A stretch of 32,000 bases of DNA from Sedimentisphaera cyanobacteriorum (GTDB lineage: Bacteria > Planctomycetota > Phycisphaerae > Sedimentisphaerales > Sedimentisphaeraceae): the NCBI RefSeq assembly GCF_001997385.1, contig NZ_CP019633.1, positions 2,400,001 to 2,432,000 on the forward strand, read 5' to 3'. The first letter of the stretch is position 1. The number at the start of each line of letters is the position of its first letter. A program made the translations under genes and the position numbers. This document shows positions 1 through 7,616 of this stretch, piece by piece. Under the pieces are notes generated by a model. The model was given only the letters and a program-made list of their open reading frames with translations, did not search any database and had not been told where the DNA came from.

Positions 1-1
1 T

Positions 2-328
2 GAAAAGGTCTGTGATGATGACAAGAAAGATTTGCAAGATGCTGTCAATAGTGCCGAAAGTGATCTTCGTAAGCTGATAGGCAAACTGCTGGAGAAGGGA
101 TGTAAAATAGCAGCCGATTACCTGAACCGTTCAGCTAAAAATATGTTCAGCTATGCTCGCCGCTGGCTGGAGACAGGTATTGTAACTCCGCGGGTTTCCA
201 GCATGATAGAACGGATGATGCGAGAGCTTGGTCGACGCCTTAAACGCATCGCATTTGGCTGGAGCGAAGAAGGAGCGGCAAAGATGGCCAGAATTATCAT
301 TAAAAGATTTACTTCAGAAAATCAATGA
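2..328 (+). CDS. C-terminal fragment of a DDE transposase-like protein (5' end outside the window)
   Basis: The frame is open from the window edge to TGA at 326-328. 'SSMIERMMRELGRRLKRIAFGWSEEGAAKMARIII' resembles the C-terminal IE..N..IK.IKR.AYGFRNF signature of ISL3/ISLre2-type DDE transposases (by-eye recall, family uncertain). Confidence 0.4.
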   Translation, partial: EKVCDDDKKDLQDAVNSAESDLRKLIGKLLEKGCKIAADYLNRSAKNMFSYARRWLETGIVTPRVSSMIERMMRELGRRLKRIAFGWSEEGAAKMARIIIKRFTSENQ

Positions 329-639
329 GAAAAATACTGGCACGAAAAACTGAGGTTATTGGACAATGTAATGCTTGCTCTAAAGACTATAAAAGTACAG
401 AACCCACAAACTTTGGGACGTTAATAAAAAACTGCCAATTGAACAAAAGCAAAAAAAAATGCAAACTGGGGTAATTCAAATCCTACAAGAAAAGGGCGTT
501 TTAATACAATAAACAAGCCCTCAACGATAAATTTATGGACTTATGGGATGGCTGTGAAAATAAGAGATTAAGATATAATGATGCAGGTGAATTAAGTTTT
601 GAAAAATCCCAAGATTAAAATTTTATCTTTTCTTATCCC

Positions 640-666
640 ATCCTGTCAATCTTGTAAATCCTGTCA
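640..666. repeat. Three tandem 9-bp units (ATCCTGTCA ATCTTGTAA ATCCTGTCA), 62 bp upstream of the PEP-CTERM gene
   Basis: Read directly from the sequence: exact 9-bp periodicity, with units 1 and 3 identical. It lies in an AT-rich intergenic region just upstream of the 728 start codon. Confidence 0.6.
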
Positions 667-727
667 GAAATAAAAAATCGGTTGGCTTAAAACTTATAAC
701 TGACAATAAAACTTTCAAGGAGAACAA

Positions 728-1228
728 ATGAAATCTTTATCAGCAATTTTGATCTTCCTGACCGCAGCGGCCTGCAGCGGGCAGATGATAGCGGAAATTC
801 AGGCGGATTTCTCGAACGTGAGCGGCAGCCGCTGGGAGGCGGAGTATGCTATCGAGAATACCGGCACAGAGCAGATAAGCGAGCTTACGATCTGGTTTGA
901 CTATGAGGATTATACGAATTTCGAGATTACCACCGCAGACCCGCAGGGCTGGGATGAGATGATAATCGCTGCTGAGCCGCTAACCGAATCGGGAGCGGGG
1001 TACGATCTGCTCAATGCTTCCGAGCCGATCACCACAGGCGAAGTGCTGGGCGGGTTTTCTGTTGAATTTGATTATGCCGGCAGCACACCCCAGAATCAGA
1101 GCTTCGAGATAATCAATCCAAACACGTACGAAACGCTCTACGAAGGCCAAACCGTACCAGAGCCGGCAACGATCGGCCTTTTCGCACTCGCCGGCATCGC
1201 TCTGAAGAAGCGAAAAAACACGATATAA
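728..1228 (+). CDS. Secreted PEP-CTERM sorting-domain protein
   Basis: N-terminal signal peptide 'MKSLSAILIFLTAAACSG'. The C-terminus 'VPEPATIGLFALAGIALKKRKNTI' shows PEP motif, TM helix and basic tail. SD 'AAGGAG' precedes the ATG. Confidence 0.85.
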   Translation: MKSLSAILIFLTAAACSGQMIAEIQADFSNVSGSRWEAEYAIENTGTEQISELTIWFDYEDYTNFEITTADPQGWDEMIIAAEPLTESGAGYDLLNASEPITTGEVLGGFSVEFDYAGSTPQNQSFEIINPNTYETLYEGQTVPEPATIGLFALAGIALKKRKNTI

Positions 1229-1317
1229 TCCGCAGACTGTCCACTTATTTCGTCCCGCCTGTCCGCCGCAGGCGGATCATTCATGCGTGGCCTGATTTAA
1301 ATATTCGCTTCTTGAAA

Positions 1318-1470
1318 TCGCAGCGAAATTAAATTATCCACAGATTTTGTGTTTTTATTTTATCGCGAAGTCCTCGAAACACCCCAAGGGGATATGGTTT
1401 TGATTTATCAAAGAAGTTTGGCAGGTAAACGATCTCACGGATTTATGTCGCATAGAAATTTATTATCCAT
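1318..1470. repeat. Copy A of a modular intergenic repeat (X-Y-X' architecture, ~129-nt period)
   Basis: X module 'tcgcagcgaaattaaattatccacagatt' (1318-1346) is 29/29 identical to 27188-27216. The Y module shares runs 'ctcgaaacac', 'aaggggatatggttttg', 'gcaggtaaacgatctc' and 'cggatttatgtcgca' with 27113-27195. A degenerate X' lies at 1447-1469. Confidence 0.8.
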
Positions 1471-1528
1471 TAAAAGAATGTCCCCCCTTAGGAGCTTGGA
1501 AGCGGCAGAATGCTAAATTCTTGCGTGC

Positions 1529-3166
1529 TTATTCCCTCACTTGTGAGCGGTATTTATTTGTAATTGGCAGTCTTCTGTCTCTTCCGAAGGCTTTTGGAGT
1601 AATTTTGATTCCCGGGGGAGACTGACGTCTTTTATATTCATTGAAATCCACCATCCTCAGCACCCTGTTTATATCTTCGGTTTTGCAGCCTTCGTTTCGG
1701 AGCTGGTCTGCTGATTTATCCTGCTCCACATAGCCCTTTATTAACGCATCAAGCAGGTCGTAATCGGGGAGTGAATCAGCATCGATCTGCTCTTCTCTGA
1801 GCTCTGCCGATGGCGGCCTTGTGATTGTTGATTCGGGGATAAGCTCGCCGAACTTCTCATTGATGTATCTCGAGAGCCTGTACACCATAGTTTTGGTAAC
1901 GTCTTTAATCACGGCAAATCCGCCTGCGGTATCGCCGTAGAGTGTGGAATAGCCCACAGCCGTTTCGCTCTTGTTGCCTGTAGTGAGCACCATATAGCCA
2001 AACTGATTGCTCAAAGACATAAGTATCGTCCCGCGTATTCTTGCTTGCAGATTTTCGTATGCTGTGCCGGAATCGTCCCAGCCCGGGATAAGCGAGAGCG
2101 CTTTATGAAATGCGGAAAGCGTTTCTGATATCGGAACAGTTTTGAAGCTTATTGCGAGATTCCGGGCCAGCAGCTCTGCATCTGTTATGGTTTCGGATTT
2201 ATTGAACTTCGAGGGCATTGTGATTCCGAAAACGTTCTCACTGCCCAGCGCCTTAACAGCAATCGCAGCTGCGAGGGCAGAATCAATCCCGCCGGAGATG
2301 CCTATAATCACCTTTTCAAAGCCGTTCTTTCGCACGTAATCCCCTGTGCCCAGAACCAGAGCCTCATAAACCTCCTCCACCACGTTTCTGGGCTGAGGAG
2401 CCTTTTCCTGACAAGCTATAATATCTGTTTCCCCGTCAGACTTCCGCAAATCTGCATATATAATATCCTCCTCGAAATAATTCGCTTTTGCGATTATATT
2501 CCCGGCACTGTCTGTGATGATGCTTCGTCCGTCGAAAACGAGCTCATCCTGCCCGCCAACGAGGTTGCAGTATATTACGGGAACTTGGAGTTTTTTTGAG
2601 CAGTTTGAGATAATCTGCTTTCTCTCTTCAATTTTGCCCTTATGGAAAGGTGAGGCCGAGATGTTTACGAAAATATCCATCCCGGGGAAGAGGTTTCTGT
2701 AAAGCTCAAGCTGCTCTGGCTCCCAGATATCCTCGCATATGCTCAGCCCGACGCTTATCCCCGCAACATCAAAGCATAGCGGGGTCTTGCCAGTGCTGAA
2801 GTAGCGTCGTTCATCGAAAACGCCGTAGTTCGGGAGCTGCATTTTGTTGTATATTGTCTGGATCTCTCCGCCGGAGGCGAGGAACAGGGAATTGAAGCAC
2901 CCGCCTTTATCGCAGTTCGGCGAGCCGAATATTATCGCAGGGCCGTTGCATTTTTCAGCGAGCTTCCTTGAGGTTTTTAGGCAGTCATTGAGAAAGTGCT
3001 TTTTGAACAGCAGGTCTTCAGGCGGGTATCCTGAAATGCTCATTTCAGGGAAAACTACAAGCTGCACGCCTTTCTCAGCGGCCTGCTGGTATGCACTGAG
3101 GATTTTCTCCGCGTTTGCCTTGAGGTCCCCGACTACAGGGTTAATTTGTGCTGCGGCTATTCTCAT
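1529..3166 (-). CDS. nadE: Glutamine-dependent NAD+ synthetase (N-terminal CN-hydrolase domain plus C-terminal NAD synthase domain)
   Basis: 'MRIAAAQINPVVGDL' and 'EMSISGYPPEDL' mark the nitrilase-type domain. The 'GISGGIDS' PP-loop and 'NKSETAVGYSTLYGD' mark the synthetase domain. Start moved to the ATG at 3166 (MRIAAAQ...), because the ORF-track extension is not homologous-looking. Confidence 0.9.
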   Translation of the reverse strand: MRIAAAQINPVVGDLKANAEKILSAYQQAAEKGVQLVVFPEMSISGYPPEDLLFKKHFLNDCLKTSRKLAEKCNGPAIIFGSPNCDKGGCFNSLFLASGGEIQTIYNKMQLPNYGVFDERRYFSTGKTPLCFDVAGISVGLSICEDIWEPEQLELYRNLFPGMDIFVNISASPFHKGKIEERKQIISNCSKKLQVPVIYCNLVGGQDELVFDGRSIITDSAGNIIAKANYFEEDIIYADLRKSDGETDIIACQEKAPQPRNVVEEVYEALVLGTGDYVRKNGFEKVIIGISGGIDSALAAAIAVKALGSENVFGITMPSKFNKSETITDAELLARNLAISFKTVPISETLSAFHKALSLIPGWDDSGTAYENLQARIRGTILMSLSNQFGYMVLTTGNKSETAVGYSTLYGDTAGGFAVIKDVTKTMVYRLSRYINEKFGELIPESTITRPPSAELREEQIDADSLPDYDLLDALIKGYVEQDKSADQLRNEGCKTEDINRVLRMVDFNEYKRRQSPPGIKITPKAFGRDRRLPITNKYRSQVRE

Positions 3167-3614
3167 TATATTACTTCTTACATTACTTCTATGAATTAAC
3201 AAACGGCATTAATCACAGCAGATTTTACCCGCAAACGCTGAGAATGCAAACTGCAAGTAATATTGCTGAAAACAGTCTAGGTCATTTCTTAGGTATAAAG
3301 AAACTAACGAATCACAAGCAATATTACTTTCCAGCGGTTTCCCCAAAAGGGGGATTTACTGAAATTCTTGGGAAAATCAGCTTAAAACAGAAATTTTATT
3401 TGAATTAAAATTCTTTAAATGCTATAAGAGAAAACAATACTTTGACAAGGCTGTTTTTGGATGTATTCACCGAGTCGTTAGAAGCCCGGTCAAGGAAAGA
3501 GGTAAAGCAATAATTCAATTAACAATGCCCAAAAACGCCTGGTTTTCCTCTCAAAGTTTGCCGGAGGTTCAAATGCCTCCGGCATTCTATTAAAGGTTGA
3601 TTGTTGTTATAACT

Positions 3615-3652
3615 AAAAGTGCTCGGGAGCAAGCCTCACGAGCACTTTTTTT
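3615..3652. terminator. Bidirectional intrinsic terminator hairpin (strong on + strand with T7; weaker on - strand with T4)
   Basis: Stem 'aaaagtgctcg'/'cgagcactttt' with a 13-nt loop, followed by 'ttttttt' on the + strand. It lies 41 bp downstream of the GH43 stop on the - strand. Confidence 0.7.
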
Positions 3653-3692
3653 GGGTATTAAAACCCTGTAAATTTATGAAGTACGCTTTTGT

Positions 3693-4796
3693 TTAGAACT
3701 CTTGTTTTTCATCCTCTCCAGGGCTTTCGTATGCAGGGTCGAGGGCCTTAACGTGAATCTCGCCGCTGTCGAGCTGACTGATATCCATCGGAACTATGGT
3801 AACTCCCTGCTCGTTGATTGTGTAGGCATCCCCGCTGATGTCCATTGTTTCCGCTGCAACTTTGCCTATCGGCGGTACATCGGCATTGTAGAAGGCAGTG
3901 CACCACCAGTTGCCTTCTTTGTCTTGGAAAGGCGTGCCGTGGCCGAGGAATCTGCCTGCAAATTTACGGTCGCTGTATTTTCCGGTAATCTCATCGGCTA
4001 CCGAATAATAAAGATTGTACGAACCGTGCCTCATTTTCAGTGTTGACCAGCCGGTTCCGAAAAGCACGTATTTATCCCCTATTTTACGCATAAGGCAGCC
4101 CTCATGACCTATATTTCTGTTTGGAGGGCCTATTTTCGCTGGTTTTGCCTTGAAACCTGAGAAATCATCCTTTAGCGGTGCAGTTTGCGTGGCTCCCCAT
4201 ATCATCCAGACCGTTCCGGATTCGTCTCTGAATAAGGATGGGTCGTGTTTTCTGCCAATATCAGCCCCCATGGGGTTTTCGTATGGGCCTTCAAGCTTGA
4301 AGTCATCAGTTAGCGAGAGATTTGCTCCCTTTACAGGCGAGGGGCTAGTGTGAACTATCGCCCATTTGCCGCCGACATTATGGATTTCCGGAGCCCAGAG
4401 CCGCCATCTGCTTTTGTCCACATTCCTGAATCTTTCCGGCTTTGCCTTAGGCCAGATGCCATCCATAATTGAATATGGAGTGCCGAGGTATTCCCACTCC
4501 ACCAGATCTTTGCTCCGCCAAGCCTGCATTTTATATCCCACAACGCTGACTCCGCCAAGCCCGACGTTGTATGGGTTTTCATACTGCTGCGGGTTGTCCG
4601 GCAGAGGGGTTGTGCCGGTAAGGTAGTACCAGCCGTGCGGCGAGAGCACGATGTAGGGATCTCTTATCCAGCCGTCTTTGATGTGCAGGGCTTTATCTCT
4701 GCTTTCCAGCCCCGCTCTGATTTCTTCTGCAGGCATAGCTGCGAATAGAGACACGGAGAAACATACTAAAATGAGCATCCAAATGTGTTTTTTCAT
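3693..4796 (-). CDS. Secreted glycoside hydrolase family 43 (arabinanase/xylosidase-like)
   Basis: Signal peptide 'MKKHIWMLILVCFSVSLFAA'. GH43-type motifs 'RDPYIVLSPHGWYYLTGT', 'LWAPEIH', 'HDPSLFRDESGTVWMIWG' and 'GHEGCLMRKIGDKYVLF'. Start set to the ATG at 4796, because the ORF-track N-terminal extension runs into the IS inverted repeat. Confidence 0.8.
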   Translation of the reverse strand: MKKHIWMLILVCFSVSLFAAMPAEEIRAGLESRDKALHIKDGWIRDPYIVLSPHGWYYLTGTTPLPDNPQQYENPYNVGLGGVSVVGYKMQAWRSKDLVEWEYLGTPYSIMDGIWPKAKPERFRNVDKSRWRLWAPEIHNVGGKWAIVHTSPSPVKGANLSLTDDFKLEGPYENPMGADIGRKHDPSLFRDESGTVWMIWGATQTAPLKDDFSGFKAKPAKIGPPNRNIGHEGCLMRKIGDKYVLFGTGWSTLKMRHGSYNLYYSVADEITGKYSDRKFAGRFLGHGTPFQDKEGNWWCTAFYNADVPPIGKVAAETMDISGDAYTINEQGVTIVPMDISQLDSGEIHVKALDPAYESPGEDEKQEF

Positions 4797-4827
4797 GGTA
4801 AACCTTTCTAATAATAAATTTACATTC

Positions 4828-6480
4828 GAGCCTGTTGCACAATGATTTTCGAATCCAACCATTGGATTCGACGGCTGTCTGGGGCAGACGGCTCAATTCT
4901 ATGTTTCCCAAACACCTTTTCTTAGCTTTTTATATGGTATCGTGTTTTCGCCAAAAAAACAAGCAAAATTACACGTCAAAACGAATAAAAACGGCCTTTT
5001 TATCAATTCCAGCAGGCCTTTTTGCTTCGCCACAACTTCAAAAGGTTGTGCGTAGCGCAAATCAGCGACCACTCACCGCGGCAAGCCTCAATGCCTCGTT
5101 GCATAAATCGATCAAAACCGCGAACATCTTTAATCTGCCCAAACACTGGTTCGACTGTCTGACCTCGAATCTTATATAATTCTCGCCCTCGTTCGGTCAG
5201 CAGTTTACGTTCCATCAATTCTGTCGGCGACAAGCCGTCCGGTATCGGTTCTTCCGGCGGCGGTTGCTCGGCCATTGCCTTTCGCTGCTTATAATCTTTC
5301 TGTGTCGCCACCAGCAACTCAATGTCACCAGCAGGCTCCTTTGTAAAATTATCTTCACTGCAATAGCCAGCATCTGCCAAAGCCACACCCATTTCCTCTT
5401 CGATTTCAACGGCCTGTCGATTTTCTTCGGCCTGCTCAAGCATCGGATGTAATTGCTGTTTATCATTTTCCTCTTGGGTCACATCCTCAGCAACGATAAT
5501 CTGTTGCTCTGTTGTCACCGCCTGAGCATTAAGACCCTGAACGAAACCTTTTCGAGTTTTCATGATTCTGCTGTCGGGGTCGGTAACATTGGCTTTGGCA
5601 TCTTTGTTTCCAGCTTCTTCGGCAGGTTTGGGCTTACGACCACGAGGCTTTTTGCCGGTATTTTCTTCTTTGGATTTCCGCTCATCTATCTTGTCCTGCT
5701 GTTGTTTTTCGGCTTCTGCTTTTTCCTGCTCTAAACGCTCTTTACAGGCCTTTAGACGGTTTATTCGGCTATTGCGGTCCCGCATATCTTCGGGCAGTTC
5801 ATCGCCTCGCTTATCAGCGCCATAAGCTTTGTCTTCCTCGGCGTCTTTAGCGTCCGCCTCGGATAGCATCTTATCGATTTCCTGCTCCAGGTGCTTTAGT
5901 GTTCGATTGGCTGATAACGAAGCATTGGCTTTGATCTTTGTCCCATCCAATGAAACATTGCCGAGTTTAACAATGTCTGCTTCAACACAAAGCCTGAGGA
6001 TTTCCAGAAACAACTTCTTTAAATGCGACTGGTTATCCTTGCGAAATCGGCTGATCGTACTGTGGTCGGGATATTGATTGGCAGTAACAACTTTATAGGC
6101 TACATCCGTCTGGCAGTGCTTTTCTATCTTTCTGCTGGAACGCTCGCCGCTACAGTAGGAATATATCAGCAGAGCAACCATCATCGAAGGATGAAAAGCT
6201 GAATTGCCGACTCCATCAGTACGGTATTTTTTGTAAAACTGCGATAGGTCGATTTGTTCAACCGCATCAAGAACAAACCACGCCAGATGATCTTCCGGCA
6301 GCCAATCCGTCAATGAGGGAGGCAGAAGATACGCCTGATTTCGGTCGCAAGGCAGGAAATTGTAAGCCATTTCGTAATCCTTTACATGTTTAGCAATCCT
6401 TTTGGCCTATTATAACCGAAAAGCTGGATTTATTCACTTGTAAAAGAGCAATCACTGACAATTATTTATGCAACAGGCTC
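4828..6480 (-). mobile_element. Complete IS1182-family insertion sequence (1653 bp) with terminal inverted repeats and a 4-bp target-site duplication
   Basis: IRL 'GAGCCTGTTGCA' at 4828-4839 and its exact reverse complement 'TGCAACAGGCTC' at 6469-6480. Direct repeat 'ATTC' at 4824-4827 and 6481-6484. A single transposase ORF lies inside. Confidence 0.85.
5003..6370 (-). CDS. IS1182-family (IS5-superfamily) DDE transposase
   Basis: N-terminus 'LLPPSLTDWLPEDHLAWFVLDAVEQIDLSQFY...FHPSMMVALLIYSYCSGERSSRKIEK...PDHSTISRFRK' is the DUF772/InsH-N type. 'SLDGTKIKANAS' and a long charged coiled-coil insert are typical of IS1182. Confidence 0.85.
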   Translation of the reverse strand: MAYNFLPCDRNQAYLLPPSLTDWLPEDHLAWFVLDAVEQIDLSQFYKKYRTDGVGNSAFHPSMMVALLIYSYCSGERSSRKIEKHCQTDVAYKVVTANQYPDHSTISRFRKDNQSHLKKLFLEILRLCVEADIVKLGNVSLDGTKIKANASLSANRTLKHLEQEIDKMLSEADAKDAEEDKAYGADKRGDELPEDMRDRNSRINRLKACKERLEQEKAEAEKQQQDKIDERKSKEENTGKKPRGRKPKPAEEAGNKDAKANVTDPDSRIMKTRKGFVQGLNAQAVTTEQQIIVAEDVTQEENDKQQLHPMLEQAEENRQAVEIEEEMGVALADAGYCSEDNFTKEPAGDIELLVATQKDYKQRKAMAEQPPPEEPIPDGLSPTELMERKLLTERGRELYKIRGQTVEPVFGQIKDVRGFDRFMQRGIEACRGEWSLICATHNLLKLWRSKKACWN

Positions 6481-6680
6481 ATTCCTCAGATAAATATCCA
6501 AACAGAATGAATTTTACGAATTATTTGTACAGCTTTTTGCCTGCATAAACCTGCGGCCTTATATTTTTATTGTAACAAGCCCTTTTTTTAATAACATTTC
6601 ATAAAGCAGATGCAGTATTAAAATGATATCACTTGCATTTTTTTGCAAATAATATAACAGTTTCAGAAATTGGGTTGAAT

Positions 6681-7616
6681 ATGCAGTTCAAAGAGCTGAG
6701 AGTTCTCGAGGAGAAATGGGATTATCTGATAATCCTCGATGCTTGCAGATATGATTATTTCGAGAAATACTACAAATTTTTCCTCCCGGGAGAGCTGGAA
6801 AAGCGAAGAACCCCTGCCTCCAACACGCCCCGCTGGAGGGATGCAAATTTTCCCGATTATTATGAGGATGTGGTTTATATCTCAGCGAGCCCGATGATGA
6901 GCACTGAGGGGGATGTTTACGGATACAACGCCAAAGACCACTTTAAACATATTCACGAGGTATGGAAAGAGCTTTGGGATAATGATTTAGGAACTGTTGC
7001 CCCCATACCTTTAGTAGACAAGGCTCTTGATATCTCATCCGCTTACAGCGGGAAACGCTTTATAATCCATATGCTTCAGCCACACGCACCTTATATCTTT
7101 TCCGGCGTTAGAGGCTACAGCTCAGGAGACATTGCGGGCCGGCGCAAGATGCTCGAATCGGAAACCTACAGCGAGAACAAATTCTTTCGAAGGTTTTTTG
7201 ACAAGAATAAATTCAAGCTTCGAAAGCTCGTCAAAGGCCATAACCAGCCGGACTGGGTTCTGCGAAAATATCTCGGCCTCGCTCCATCCGGCGCGATGGA
7301 AGCGATGTGGAGAAAAGGCGGCAAAAAAACGCTCAGAAATGAATATGAGAAAAATTTGATAGCCGCCCTTGCCGCAGTGAGAATATTTGCTGAAAAGGCC
7401 GAAGGAACAATCTTAGTGGTTGCAGACCACGGAGAACTGCTGGGCGAGGACGGGATGTACGGGCATCCGGAAGATTCAGGCAGTGATATCCTGATGAACG
7501 TACCCTGCCTGAAAATAAATGCATCAGAGCTGAGCTCCACAGAAGACAGCCCGCAGGCAGAAGATGATGAAGATCAGACGGTAGCAGATAAGCTCGGGCA
7601 GCTTGGCTATATGTAA
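6681..7616 (+). CDS. Alkaline-phosphatase-superfamily metalloenzyme (short sulfatase/phosphodiesterase-like protein, no signal peptide)
   Basis: 'DYLIILDACRYDYF' is a metal-binding Asp strand. 'PASNTPRW' aligns with the nucleophile loop of the two larger paralogues. 'LQPHAPY' and 'VVADHGELLGEDGMYGHP' are also present. C-terminal tail 'EDDEDQTVADKLGQLGYM'. Start set at ATG 6681 (MQFKELR...). Confidence 0.65.
   Translation: MQFKELRVLEEKWDYLIILDACRYDYFEKYYKFFLPGELEKRRTPASNTPRWRDANFPDYYEDVVYISASPMMSTEGDVYGYNAKDHFKHIHEVWKELWDNDLGTVAPIPLVDKALDISSAYSGKRFIIHMLQPHAPYIFSGVRGYSSGDIAGRRKMLESETYSENKFFRRFFDKNKFKLRKLVKGHNQPDWVLRKYLGLAPSGAMEAMWRKGGKKTLRNEYEKNLIAALAAVRIFAEKAEGTILVVADHGELLGEDGMYGHPEDSGSDILMNVPCLKINASELSSTEDSPQAEDDEDQTVADKLGQLGYM

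Noticed and set aside
338-353. Sigma-54 promoter-like TGGCAC motifs (338-343 and 13051-13056)
   Set aside because: The -12 element is wrong or mis-spaced: ACTG follows the first instead of TTGC, and GC is one position off in the second.
1334-1342. Replication origin suggested by the perfect DnaA box TTATCCACA
   Set aside because: There are only one or two boxes per locus, with no cluster, no AT-rich DUE pattern I could recognise, and no dnaA/dnaN nearby. The box is part of a dispersed repeat.
1318-1470. CRISPR-like reading of the 29-nt X modules separated by ~100 nt
   Set aside because: The inter-repeat segments are homologous between the two loci, so they are not unique spacers. The spacing is far longer than CRISPR spacers, there are only 2-3 repeats per locus, and no cas genes are present.
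3148-3408. 86-aa + strand ORF upstream of nadE
   Set aside because: It overlaps the nadE start region, is AT-rich with low-complexity composition, and has no RBS or recognisable motif.
4851-4873. tRNA T-loop-like 'TTCGAATCC' string
   Set aside because: No acceptor, D or anticodon arms can be built around it. It is half of a 10-bp palindrome inside the IS left end.
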